A stretch of DNA of 64,000 nucleotides from Ptychomitrium polyphyllum. Lineage: Eukaryota. The stretch lies in NCBI GenBank assembly GCA_973851085.1, contig OZ316776.1, forward strand, positions 5,518,001 to 5,582,000, written 5' to 3'. Made by a program: the position numbers and the translations under genes. Positions 36,738-49,415 of this stretch are shown here, in pieces (positions within the stretch are counted from its first letter, which is position 1; each line of letters begins with the position of its first letter). The notes under the pieces are model-generated. The model saw only the letters and a program-made list of their open reading frames with translations. It did not search any database and was not told where the DNA came from.

Positions 36738-37623
36738 TTATAGATATAGAATTTGTAATCTTGACTACAATATATAAAGGGTGAGAGTTTGTCCATTTGG
36801 CTCCTCATGTTGTATGAGCCTCATATAAAGGCGCCATGACTATATATACCTTGCATTGCAGCCTCTCGTTTACAAAATATTCAACATCTAGTGTAACATA
36901 TTCACTTCTTCAATACATAATACTCTGAATTCACATCAATGTAGATGACTACAACCTAATATTGTGAACTACATCATAAGCCTATACTGGTGCTTTAAAT
37001 TTTATGACATAAACTAACAATAGTTAAAAGAAAATTCATCTACTTGTGACGGTCATTTCAACCACTAATTCACTCCTATTCATAAGGAACGCATTTCTAT
37101 AGAATACATTATGTTATGGCCTTATACACTACTCATTGGTAAATGCACATGCCACGGGCAAGCAGCTTGAACATGAAGCTTCATTGGACGTTAAATTGCA
37201 TCTATCCTTTTGAAAATGAAGACCAGAGCACAATCACGAAGAGCAATTTTCGTACGACGACAATAAAGGAGAAAGTGTGCCATCCCCCATGCATCCCCAG
37301 TTTCGACACTAACATATGTCATCATACACAGTAAAGGGAATTGCACGGAAGTTCACTTCACGGAACTTCCAAACAACCGTAAGGCAACAATCTTCCCCAC
37401 AGCCGTCAAGAAATAAAATAGTGTCGAACGAGGTAATAGAATATCAAGTCGGAGATCTCAAATTCTTCGTGTCAAAACGAGGATCATAATACACAGATGG
37501 TAAACCCCCCTTACGGTATGATCCCGAAGGTTGTAGCGGCAGGAAGAAGATACCAACGACAGTCAGGACAGCTACATCTAGCCCTAAAACTTGTGCAACA
37601 TCCGTACAAGCAATTCATTGCGA

Positions 37624-38439
37624 TCAGTCGAACAAGCTGAAGCCCATGTCCTGCACAACGACACAAAATGATACGAAATGAGAGAATGGACGGTGATGAT
37701 ATAAGGGATATAGAAAACTAAAACCTAAAACTGCTCAAAGTAGAGAACAAGAAATATATCCAGTCTACACAAAGCGAACACGAGTCACAAGAGAAAAGAA
37801 TGCAAAACCCTAATTCACAAAACGTGATCTCTTCCCACTGCACGACTGACAGGTTTAAGATTTTGAATAATTAGGCCCCAGGAGAAATTCCAGACTTGAC
37901 CTGAAAATCTCCAAGCTTAGGAAAAGTAGCACATTCTCAAAGAAACATTTGCACCACAATACTTACGTCATCCGACTCTTCCTTGGGCTCTTCCTTAGCT
38001 TCCTCCTTCTTCTCCTCAGCATCAGGTGCAGCGGCAGTACCACCACCTCCCGAAGACACAACAACGCCGCCGCCTCCCCCTGAGGGAACGGATGCGAATT
38101 TCTCCTTTCCTGCTGCAATCACTTCCAAGATGTCCTTGCCCTCCAACTCCTTCAACAATAGGTTAACCCTATCGGAGTCGGCCTCAGCACCGACTGCAGA
38201 AACATCAAAGCGAGCCATTCAACAACTAAAACAACCCAGATCAGAGCAACCTAAACTCACCACAAAAAAACATTTCTCCGCACCACACGCTATATCCCCC
38301 ATAACCATTTCATCCCACTCCTAGGGTTCCAGTGGAACTGAAAATGCTGACCTGAGCCAAGGATGGCCTCAATGTCCTTGGCATTGGGGGACGTATTGCC
38401 TCCCAAAAGGGCCAGAAGGTAGGCAGCGACAACCTTCAT
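37624..38439 (-). CDS. RPP2: 60S acidic ribosomal protein P2, 3 exons, 113 aa
   Basis: Exons 38439-38352, 38193-37967, 37650-37624. [18 protein letters not shown]...[22 protein letters not shown]...[13 protein letters not shown]. Confidence 0.97.
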
Positions 38440-38559
38440 GCTGGCAGACGGAGGATTCTCACAGAGATCGAAGGAAGAGCGAGCTGCGCAAGGTCGAAGA
38501 ATAACTTGGAAGCGGAAGCAGAGAGAGAGTTCTTGCCGCACCCAAAAGCCTCTTGAACA

Positions 38560-38568
38560 AAACCCTAA
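38560..38568. promoter_or_regulatory. Telo-box AAACCCTAA upstream of RPP2 (site-II-like TGGGCC at 38707-38712)
   Basis: Exact motif. Telo-box plus site II is typical of plant ribosomal-protein promoters. Confidence 0.6.
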
Positions 38569-40572
38569 CTCTTTCAACGGCTTCGATGCTGCGCTGATGG
38601 TCGTATCGGGCGGTGGAGAGTATCTTAAAACCCACGGCTAAAGGCGGATTGTCTCCTCCGTCTAGTCGACGAGTTTTTCCTTCGTCCTGCGCGAGAATGT
38701 AGAGTATGGGCCTCGTTAAGGTATGTAGTGTACATCATACTCAGGCACCGATAGAGGGTATCCCGGACGCGGGTCTCAACCTCTCTTCTTGTCATGGTAG
38801 TGTGGCCTGTAACCGATACTTGGTGTCTTATTAGTTCTGTTTTCACTTTGTGGTTTATTTAATAAAACATAAAATTATATATTATAATAAGATCTCCTTT
38901 ATTCTAATTATCTTATATATTTTATATTATAAACAAATTAGCTTTTTTGTACATAAGTATGTGCTTTTATTTGGCATTTTAAAATTTTAATTTAATAAAT
39001 TCCATTTTACAATTGCATTATCATTTCTTATTGAAACCCTAACATACCTTAAATTATATTAAATTAAATTTTCATGTCATGTTACTCCAATTTGTCACTC
39101 AAAATTCATTATATTATTATATATCTAACATCTGAACTTGATGGGATACCCTCTAGATTCCCTTTAAAAATACTTCAAAGGTATGCCTCGTACCCTCCAC
39201 TTCTAGTACAGTAGCATGATAGAGTCCTTATTCCGTGCAATAACCATGTAAATAAAGAGGTGCAAACCGACCTTTCTTGACTCGCGAGTCAAAATCTTGC
39301 GGGACTTCAAGGAATGTCGTACACTCCCATCCATTACAAGCCATTAAAAGATTCGAATCTTATTAGTATCTCTTCTTTTGCCCCACTGACTCTACCCACA
39401 CAGTTTAATCATCTTTTGTATGTCACAGACAAGTCAAGTGTAACCAGATGAATTATGTGCTTACTGAATGTACTGCATGCATAAGACAAATTAGTTTGCC
39501 TACAGTTCGAGCATGGTTTTCAACAGTTCATGAAGATCAACACCCAAAGAGAGGCAAACAACAGACTAGGAGGTTTCGACAGATTTGAGGTAACTCGATA
39601 TAAGGATTTGCTGTCTACGAATTGCGAACTTCACGAGGTTATCTAGAAGACGAGTAGGAGCTCTGACGCTTCGGGTCTTCGCTTTACTTGATGCTAAATT
39701 TGGCATGCAGCGATAAAACTCAGGAGAAGGTGACGGGGAACGCTACAGGGCTTTGCGATAAGCATCCAAAGGTGGACTGCGTCCAATGCTGACAGTGCTC
39801 ACTTCAGCAGAGCTCGCCCATGTGCTCTGTGCAGCATTTGCGAAACATGCAAGATAGAGTTTTTGAACAAAGGTAATCATTTCCTTCACAGCTGTAGATT
39901 TACTAATCGACGTCACCAGCTGGTATGTGGTGCTCTCTGAATTCCCCTATACTCACCGGCTTAATCTTGCAAACCTTTTATAGCCTTCATCACCGGACAC
40001 TGGTCGCATTATAGTTCAACTACCTAAATATTCAGAATGGAAATCATAGACAAAACACAAAAGAAAGTAAGACAATTGCAAAAATCAGTATAAACATTTT
40101 TTAAAAGCAAATGCAGAGTCAACCAAAAAAGACGAAAGCAAAATAGGAAGCCGATAGTCTCGATTACAAGAGTACCGAATTCATCAGCATAGAAGCAAAT
40201 CAGTCAAAGGGGGGTGGGGCCTTGAAGCTTTCATCTAACTATTCGAAGTCATTTAGAGTACAGATTGAAAATAGTATACAGCTCCAAAGCTACAAGCAGA
40301 GCCCAAAATAAGGCTACGAAACAATGACAAACCATGAAGAATTTGCCTGCCCTAGACCGAAGTACTGAATGCTCTAAGCTTTATCACACAAGGAGATCAT
40401 CACCAAGCAATCACACACATTTGTGAGCCTCGCGGCTTCGTCGTTTCTTCCCACTGCAACCGTGAAGACTGGCCGTCGCACACAAAATCGGTTTTAACTT
40501 ACATCGGTACTTCGACAACCAAGGAAATTCACTGCCACCCGGCTCACCTCGAAACCCTAAGTCTTTATCCTT

Positions 40573-41855
40573 TCAACTGTTGGGAGGCATCCCGGGCTGC
40601 TGATTCGACGGCATCTGACTTGGCTGTTGCTGTTGCCACATCTGTTGCATCGGTGCTTGCTGCTGCATGTACTGCATTGGTGGCCGCTGCGGTTGGTACA
40701 TGTTCGGGTCCATGGCCATGGCCGGCCTCGCAACCATCATGGGGTTTCCCATCATAGCAGGAGAGCCCATAGCAGCTTGCGGGACGGGACCTTGAGGAGT
40801 TTGCACGTAGTAGACGCCTTCGTAGCTCACGGGACTTCCAACAGGCATGGTGCCCCGAGGTACGCCAAGACCGTCTTCCTTATTGAGCTCGTCGCGTGGC
40901 ACAATGTCGACTAAGAAGTCGAAGATGTCGGTGCGGGTAATGGCAGCCGCGATATCGTTCTTCTGTAATGTGCGGCGCTTGTTCTCTTCGGTGTGAATCC
41001 ATGATCTGAGGGTGAGCTCTAGGATGAACATCTCGCAAGCCTTTGCAAAAAGAACTGGCGCTTCAGCGGAAATCATTCTGACGTCTTCATCTGCCTTCAT
41101 GATCTTCTTAATCCGTGCAAGGGGCAGCTGGTGGTTTTTGAAGTCATTCACCTGCCAATCATCAGGTGTCAGAAAAATGACATAGAACAATGTGACTCCA
41201 CAAGAACTAGCTATACTTAGATTCCCGCTGTTACTTCACATTCACCTTATCCACTCCGCCTGTACGTTTCAGTTTTGAAACGTCACACATAGTCAAGCTC
41301 AATCAAATATGTGAACTACGTGCGGTAGGGAAATAAAAATGTCATAAACCTTCATTTCATTCGCTGCAATTTAGAATCGGCAAAGCAGAAGCCATGAGTG
41401 TCGCACTATATTGTGCATCCTTGTCTACTTTTCCAAGTCTGAGTTTAAAAGAAACTATGAGACGACCAAAGGTGGGCATAATGTATGACCTGCTCAATCT
41501 CGCTCATCTGGTTCTGCCAAAACATCTGCAGCTGCTGCTGGTGCTGCTGCTGGAGGTGCTGGTAGCTAAGCTGCGCCTGCTGCTGTTGCGCCAGAGCCGT
41601 TGGATAGGCGCCAGGAGATTGCCCTTGAATCTGACCGCCTTGCGGTGGAGAGGCCTCCGGACCTCCTCCCAGAGACGGAGTGGCCTGGTATGATTGTTGC
41701 ATGCCTAGGTTCTGTGCATATTGCATCTGAGGCTGCTGTTGCTGCTGTACCATCAGATTGTTCATAGCCTGCTGCTGTTGCTGCTGCACATCTTGCTGCT
41801 GCTGCTGTTGTTGTTGTTGTTGCTGTTGCTGCGACAGTTGCTGATGGTTCTCCAT
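40573..41855 (-). CDS. NF-YC: Nuclear factor Y subunit C (HAP5), 2 coding exons, 314 aa, Gln-rich termini
   Basis: Exons 41855-41490 and 41151-40573. Histone fold [58 protein letters not shown]...[12 protein letters not shown]. Confidence 0.97.
41769..41832 (-). repeat. CAG/CAA polyglutamine tracts in NF-YC exon 1
   Basis: [22 protein letters not shown] in the ORF track. Confidence 0.9.
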
Positions 41856-44800
41856 GATTGAGAGCTTCGCGGAAGAAGATTTTGCTGCTACAATGATTTA
41901 TTCCTCTCGTCTCTTGCGTAATGTAAAACTTGTTCTCACTCGTGGATCCTCAGAAGAGTACTTCCGTCTGTATCGAGTTTAAATGACACAATTGCTGAAC
42001 ATGTCAAACGTCCGCCAAAGTGCTGATACCCTACGACTACTAACTATCTCTTGTTCTATGGTTGTGTTAGTAATGGAACTACTTCGAGGTTACTGAGGTA
42101 TTTCGAGATATCCTAGAACATTTCGATCCAACTCTAATATATTCTACCTCTAGAATTCGCCGCTACCAGAAACCGCACTGCAGGAGTTAATAGTTTATAA
42201 TTTCTTTTGTCTTCGGATTTAAATTTAGATTTTCTAACAAGCAAAATTGGATTGTGTGTCGACAAATTGGCAGTTACTACTGCAATGGAGGCGTAGCGCT
42301 GTAGGTTCACCGCAAGGGGTACGCGCAAGGAGCCTTCTGAAAGTAGAGTTCTAAGTTAAACCGAAAGAAACTGAGACAGTCATATAAGGTTAATCACGAA
42401 TAATGTCAGCACCTCCACTCAAACTACAAGTTAGACTACTGCAACTGTGCCACCTGCTTGTATTCTCGACAAATTGGTTGATTAAAAGTTAAGCATACAC
42501 TTAACCTCTTTATTTCAAGTCATCTACCTTGGCAAAGAAAAACTTCTCAGACTAACTCGGACGTCCTTCGCAAACACGAACTCCTCCCGACCTCCTCCGT
42601 GTATTACTATCACTCCAACCGCAACAACGACACCAGAAGCTCCTACTTAACACCCTAAGAAGACATCAGTAAACGTCTCCTGCCCATTCACAGCTACCGC
42701 TCACCCCGACCGCCTCTAGCCTCCTTTACACTCTCCATCACATCAACCTCACGAAACCGAAACCGACACCGAAAGCAACAAAAAGAACGGAAAATTTTCT
42801 AGGAACGCAAGAACTCGACGAGATACTCGAAGAGCCGCTAAGCTTCTCACGCCATGGATAATTCAACGCTGATGACCGCGCCGTACCTCCGATCCTTCCC
42901 CACCGTGTTAATCAGATTCCGAAAGCGCTGCCGCCACCATACATGAGAGCCAGGGACCTCGACCTGTGCTGTGCGCGTGCTCTCATCGCATCGAGCTCGC
43001 TGCGGAAGCGATAACGCGGCGATAGGGAAGCGCGAGGTCGCAGGAATGGCGCGGATGGGAGCCCGTCACCGGGTCACGTCGAGCAAGAAGAGCTCGCAGG
43101 CGCTCAAAGCTCACACCGAAGCCTCGAAGCGCTGCAATCAAAGCCAGGAAAAAGCGTTCGACGAAAGCTCTCGGATAAGAGCCTTATCCCCGCTCCCGGG
43201 CGTTCTCCCTTCCTGTTCCCGCCTCTGGATTCGCCTATCAGATCTCTCCCCAACCTGTTCGCCCAGTTTCCTCTCGTTCCCCACGTGTCCCTAAACGTTC
43301 CCACCCAGTTCCTGCTATGTTCCCATTCCGTCTTATGCTGCAGGCTTGCCCTAGAGTGGATCAGAGGTTGCTTTTTCATTTCCCACTTGCTAGTTTAGTT
43401 TCGGCAATGATCACCATGACCTGCTTCGTGGTGATTTGGTGGTGAGGGCATTTCGGAGCCGACCGAGGCGAGCTACTCCGGGGGGGGAAAGACTGGGGCA
43501 GTTTTATTGTTGCCTCTTTACGTGGCAAGTTACTGAGTTATTATTCTTGTTTCGTAAGAGACAAAGGCAACGGATTGGGATTTGAAATGCATTGTTTGTA
43601 GTATCATCATCTGAGAGAACTGATATATATATAAAAGGGAGACTGGCAATATATTTATTGCAGTGTAGGTGCGCATGCACATACATACAAATCAGGTAAT
43701 GCGTGGGTCCTCTGGATATTCATTAGGATTGCAGTGTGAATTTATGTGATCTCTTAAAGGACTGTACTGCGTAAATGAGATCAACTATGAGGTGACGCTA
43801 CTGGCAGAGGGGGGAGATGACGCTTCTCCAGAGCCTACAGGAAATGGTGGATTGTCAAACATGACGCTGAGGGGATGACGTTCACCGGAATGCTTTTGGG
43901 GCCATATCTACTTGCTCTCCCTTCGATCCCCCTTTTGAGTTCTACTTTAAAGTATTATAAAGGAAAGTTTCATATAGTACCGTAGTAGAGGGATGTCTGA
44001 CTTGTACTTCACTCTTAACTACATATAGCAAATAGTGTCACAATATATCTACAATTCAGTAAACTCCTTAATCGTATTCGGATATCACATTATATTAAAA
44101 GCGACGTATTTACTTCACATTAGTCAGATTGTACTCCATCTTTCTGTAAAGCAAATTCTCAATCCATCCCAGCTTATTCGAAATTAAAATATGATATTGT
44201 GAATTCCACTTGATTCCTCCAAATCCGGAAAAAGTAATTTTAAACAATAAAAATGAGAGTAACCGAATTTAGGCAGGGTGATCCCGACCGCGGCTTCAGT
44301 TCCGGAATGAGCAGCCTGTCAAATTGGTTGCTGTTACCTGTCAACATCTGGGATGTAGCTGACACCCACAGTGCTTAATGGGACGACCAACTCGGGAAAT
44401 GGCATGAGCTTCGGACTCAGAGTGTCCAATTGAATATGTGATGCTCAAGAAACTGACAAAACTACGTGAGGAGTATGTGCTCTCAATCGAACTTTGAGGC
44501 CCCACCTGATGAGTTTAGAAGAATTTTCTCAACTCAGCCCAATAGCTGCGATTGCGCTAGTTGCGGAAGCGAGTGATAGGTCAGGCAGGGGTTGCACTCT
44601 TTAACAATGTCAGACACCACCTTTCAGAGATGAACCACAGTTTCAGAGCCTACGAACAAAAGTCTTGCACGATTTCGACAATCCTTTATCAAAATTCTAC
44701 TCGTTGCCTGCCTTACAGACAAACAGATGAAGCTCATCCATGAATGATGACAGGATCCCACAACTCCTCACACATCTGCTTGGTAATGTCATGTGACTTC

Positions 44801-45635
44801 GCTAACCAAGTTGAAAATTTGCCAACGTCACTGCTTCGGCCAACTCCCACAAATGAATTCATTTTTAGACTCTATCCTGAGCGAGCGCAGGAAATTTATG
44901 TATATACAGGGTGTCGAATTACCATTTTCTGTCAGCTGTCAAGTACGGCTTCAAAACATCAATTTTGTATCTTAAAAACCGATAGAATGAGCAGAACCAC
45001 TTGATAATTTAGACAGTCATGTTCAGGTAAACAATAGAAACAGATTCATGCCTTTCATTTAATTTGTGTTGACGTGCTTAGAGCTCCTGTCAAATCGAAG
45101 AGCCATATGCCATATGCAGCGCTAAGGAGATTTCATATCGTATTGCACAATAAGGTTCGTTTCTCTTGCATCACAATGTGTAGCGTACGTTTCCGTTTGA
45201 AATTCTGGTACGTTGAAAATACAAGGCATAATGCAAACACATTAATGATACAGCAATCGTTTAAGATGGTTGTGCAAATGGAGTACAGATAAGTGAGAAG
45301 TTCCGACTGGCCAAAATACACAATGCACAGTTCATGTGCGCATATTCATGTCAGAGTTTGAACCAGGAGAAATGCTGTGTGAGTTCAAGCCTGCCATTTA
45401 TCAACACTCTTACGACAGGGATGCTCCAGCAAGTAAAGGGGTTTTCATCAGCACAGTCTAACATTCCCGGATGACCACTCTCGAAAGACCTCATAATAAG
45501 CCGCATTGTCAACTTGGTGGTACTCTGGAAACCTCCAAATAAACGAGCCTCTTCATCACCTTCCCAGAGATATAAAAATTGTTGCTAACTCTAAGCGTTC
45601 CAACCTACTTTGGGATGCGTATATAAGGGCAGCTT

Positions 45636-47186
45636 CTAAGCGGAGTATCCGAAGACCTCGTTAAACTTATCAATGACCAGCGTACCAGAGTCGATAGACT
45701 CGAGAGGATCCTTCCTCAATCGGTGCCTCAAGCAGTTGGGCATGACGGTACCAATGTCCTCGGGTGTCACTTCAGTCCTTCCCCTGAAAGCAGCCAAGGC
45801 TTTAGCAGCCCTGTTGCTAACAATGTCTCCTCGAAGACCATCAACGTCGAGCTCTGAACAGACTTGTGAAATCTTCACTCTCAAATCATGAGGCACCGTC
45901 ACATTAGGTAGCAGTGCTCGGGCGTTATCGATTTGATCGCGAAGCTCTTTCTGAGAAATGTCATAATTTACACGGAAAGACTTGGGGTTTGCGTCGAACA
46001 TCCCTCGCTCTTCCACAATCTTGACACGAAGCTCGGGTTCCTTAACAGTTCCGACCTGAAGCAGCGACCACTCAAGAATTTTAGCAGATACAGTAATCCG
46101 AGAACCATTGCATTTCATGTATTGGTAGACCAGGGTCCCATCCAGCATCTCAAATTTAGAAGCACAAGACAAACAATATGCCGGAGCATTCCAAGAAACT
46201 CAAACCTGCGCGTGCATGCCGAACCTATCCAACAGCTGTGGTCGGAGCTCTCCCTCTTCAGGGTTGCCGGAACCAATCAAGATAAAACGAGCAGGGTGTG
46301 AGATTGAGATACCCTCCCTCTCCACCGTGTTCCAACCCGACGCTGCAGAATCCAGCAACACATCGACCAAGTGGTCGTCCAACAGGTTGACCTCGTCGAC
46401 ATACAAGATTCCACGGTTAGCCTTGGCCAACAGACCTGGCTCGAATGCCTTCACTCCCTCGGTCAGCGCCTTCTCAATGTCAATAGTCCCACACACACGA
46501 TCCTCTGTAGCTCCGAGTGGCAAATCCACCATGTTGATACGTGAGGTAGTGACGGGCAACTGCTCTTTTGCCTGAACCCTCTTCCTGACCTCCTCGCTCA
46601 TCAACTCCGGGTCCTCGGGTGAGGAATTGAAGGGATCACCCGCCACAACTTTAATTTCGGGCAACAAGTCCACAAGTGCACGCACTGTAGTAGATTTGCC
46701 CGTTCCACGATCGCCCATGATCATCACACCTCCAATCTTAGGGTCAATAACATTCAGAATCAAGCACATCTTCATCTCCTCTTGCCCAACAATGGCTGTG
46801 AAGGGGAAAACCGGACGGGCATTCTCCTTTGATGCCACATTCTGTTCCAAACAAGCCCTTTCCATAAATTCACCATCTCTTACACATCAAACAAGCACAA
46901 CATTGCAGAAAGCACTCCAGAAACAAAATTCTCGAGAAAACCCCACCTCAGTCGCCGCCTCCTGCTCCTTCACAGGCGCGACCACATTGGTAACCCTCAA
47001 AGCGCCAGTAGCTCGCCTCTCCCGGACCTGGTAGCCCGCCCACGACAGCCCGCCCGCCACGCCTCGGCAGAGGGCGCTCCCTCGGCACGCCAAAATTCCT
47101 TTGCTCTGGTGCACCTGCTTGGTGGCGCTGCTGCTCACGCCAACTGCAGCAACTGCTGCCACAGCTCCGCGCACCAGCATAACCAT
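45636..47186 (-). CDS. CHLI: Magnesium chelatase subunit ChlI, chloroplast precursor, 3 exons, about 431 aa
   Basis: Exons 47186-46947, 46841-46206, 46055-45636. [15 protein letters not shown], Walker [41 protein letters not shown]. Ala/Ser-rich transit peptide. Confidence 0.98.
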
Positions 47187-48044
47187 GGCTATGGCTGTGG
47201 CTGCCTCGCAAGTGCGAGTTCACAGGCAAACCTTAGAACCCACACTCACGAATTCGCGCAATGAAAGGATTGCGGAGTTAGGGACTAGCAGAGGCAATCT
47301 GCCGAGGATTGCACAAGAGGATGGCGACGAGTTGAGACCGAAGCATTTGAGTGGCATCCAGGGGTATGGAGACGAATCGTGTGGTTGCCTCTGGCTGGGT
47401 AGGGTCCCCCACTGGATATGGCTTCTCATTCATTCATCCGGAAGATTGTCACTAAGTGCGTCGTCTTAGGATGTGGCTATCCATTCGTCCGCTTCATCCG
47501 TATTCCTACGCTCTATCGATGCACCGATGCACCATGAGTTAGTGTACACTGTTCTTCACCACAGCTGTGCGAGAATCTAACCTCACCAGTCGTAGCAAGG
47601 TCATATGCCTTGGTACAATGAAGCACTTAGAATCAAAATTTCAAAGAGTTTCTTACATGGACGTTCTGCTAGTGAACAGGTGAAGCACTACTGTAGGTGG
47701 ACACTCAGTTAAGTCGACTTTAAAATAAAAGAAACTTCGAGATTGAAGGTACTAGTGACCCGCCACTAGCAATGCGGAATTGAGATTGCATTAGAGAGCT
47801 TCGCAAATATTTAAACAATGTTTGGAGCTGAAAGTAGTTCAATTCAAGATTGAAAAATAATACTCAACAAAGATTTTGTGACGCTGATATTGTACAACTA
47901 ATGAGCAAGTGACAAGGGGTGTACAGAAGAAGACGCACTTTCGCTGTTCTTTCATTTTCCCCTTCCTGTAAATCCTAAATCTCCTTATTACAAGGAATCT
48001 GATATGAGAAGAAATAAAAACAATGCGAATGATATCTTCGAACA

Positions 48045-49415
48045 CTACGTAGAAATTTCGGAGGCGCTGCTGTCATCCTGAAGCTCAAGCTGAGCCCATA
48101 AGGCAGCAGTTGACTTGGCAGCCACCATCGCCGGAGTAAGTCTAAGCACATCAGCAAGCATATCCGTAACTCTCTGCATGGACGGTCTCTGAGTGTCTGT
48201 AGTCAGACACATGTTGACAATCTTACAAAGCGCAACCAGCTCATCGTGGTTGTAAGACTTCAAGGATGGGTCGACCATGTACCACATCATCTTAGGGTCG
48301 CCGAGATACTCAGCCGCCCAATCGACAATAGATGCTCCTTGTTCATCCTGTGGAGGCCTCCCAGTGATGACCTCCAGCAAGAACACACCAAAACTATAAA
48401 TGTTCCTTTCGAAGTCAGGGTCGTGACGATGTGAACTTTCAGCTTCATTATACCCTGCAAATGATTTGAGAGAAAACCAACTAGGTTTCTGTGAATCGTT
48501 ACGGGGCGCAGGCACTTTCGTCGCTCCAGCATTCGAAACTTTGGCAGCGTAATCATCAGTCAGATAGACAGCATCTGCACCGAAGTTCACATGGTTCGCA
48601 GGTGGCACAAGTTCATGGTGCATGTACTTTAGTCCATAAGCAGCACCGACAATCACTCTCATTCGAGCGGCCCAGTTCAAATGCTCACTTTCTTTGTTGT
48701 CCTTGTTATACAGGAAATCGCCAAGAGATCCGTTGCTAGCATACTCAAAGATAAAGATCCGGGTCCAGGGTTCCTCTTGCGAGCAGTACCCAATAAGATT
48801 CACCAAGTGGAGGTGTTTCATTCTCGCTAGAGCTTTAACTTTGATTCGAAACGACATCTCACTCTGAGGCTCCCACGATGCAGCTGGCCTTTGTAAGCTC
48901 AAGGCAGCAATCTCTGTACCGTTGGTGAGAGTTCCTTTGTACACCACACTGTCAGGAGAAGAGTCTATGATGTTGCTAAAATCTTCACATGCCGTCTCCA
49001 CCTCCTCCCTTCCCAACAAGGGAACTGAGGTTTCGAGCACTGCCTGAAGCTGACCGCTCATACCCTGCCTCCAATATGGACTTACAGCTGCCATCCTCCT
49101 CTTGTGACGGAGGTAAAAGACTGCCACTGCCGAGATTGTCACTATCAGAATAATGGTACATCCAAAGCCCACGATATAGACCCCCACACGATCGAAGAAT
49201 GACGATGTGGAGGATGTCGCTTCTCCTGTAGCAGTTGAATTGAAATAAACCTGAAGCAATCTTGAATTGGGGGCATCCGACAACTCCATGTCATCACCCA
49301 TTTTCACTCCTGGTAATAACCTCCCAGATACAGAAGCTAAAAGAAACAATCCGCCCAGTAGCCATATCAACCAACTCCTTACGAAGCTCGTTACTCTGAT
49401 GGGATGCATCTCCAA
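48045..49415 (-). CDS. Single-pass receptor-like pseudokinase with a very short ectodomain (MDIS/MRH1, LRR-VI-like kinase domain), intronless CDS, 456 aa
   Basis: Signal peptide, TM segment (VGVYIVGFGCTIILIVTISAVAVFYL), and GQLQAVLETSVPLLGREEVETACEDFSNII typical of that subfamily. No VAIK lysine, HRD or DFG. Confidence 0.88.
   Translation of the reverse strand: MEMHPIRVTSFVRSWLIWLLGGLFLLASVSGRLLPGVKMGDDMELSDAPNSRLLQVYFNSTATGEATSSTSSFFDRVGVYIVGFGCTIILIVTISAVAVFYLRHKRRMAAVSPYWRQGMSGQLQAVLETSVPLLGREEVETACEDFSNIIDSSPDSVVYKGTLTNGTEIAALSLQRPAASWEPQSEMSFRIKVKALARMKHLHLVNLIGYCSQEEPWTRIFIFEYASNGSLGDFLYNKDNKESEHLNWAARMRVIVGAAYGLKYMHHELVPPANHVNFGADAVYLTDDYAAKVSNAGATKVPAPRNDSQKPSWFSLKSFAGYNEAESSHRHDPDFERNIYSFGVFLLEVITGRPPQDEQGASIVDWAAEYLGDPKMMWYMVDPSLKSYNHDELVALCKIVNMCLTTDTQRPSMQRVTDMLADVLRLTPAMVAAKSTAALWAQLELQDDSSASEIST

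Noticed and set aside
39789..39810. TGACAG/GTGCTCAC resembling miR156 pieces
   Set aside because: Only short fragments; no 20-21-nt mature sequence or precursor hairpin.
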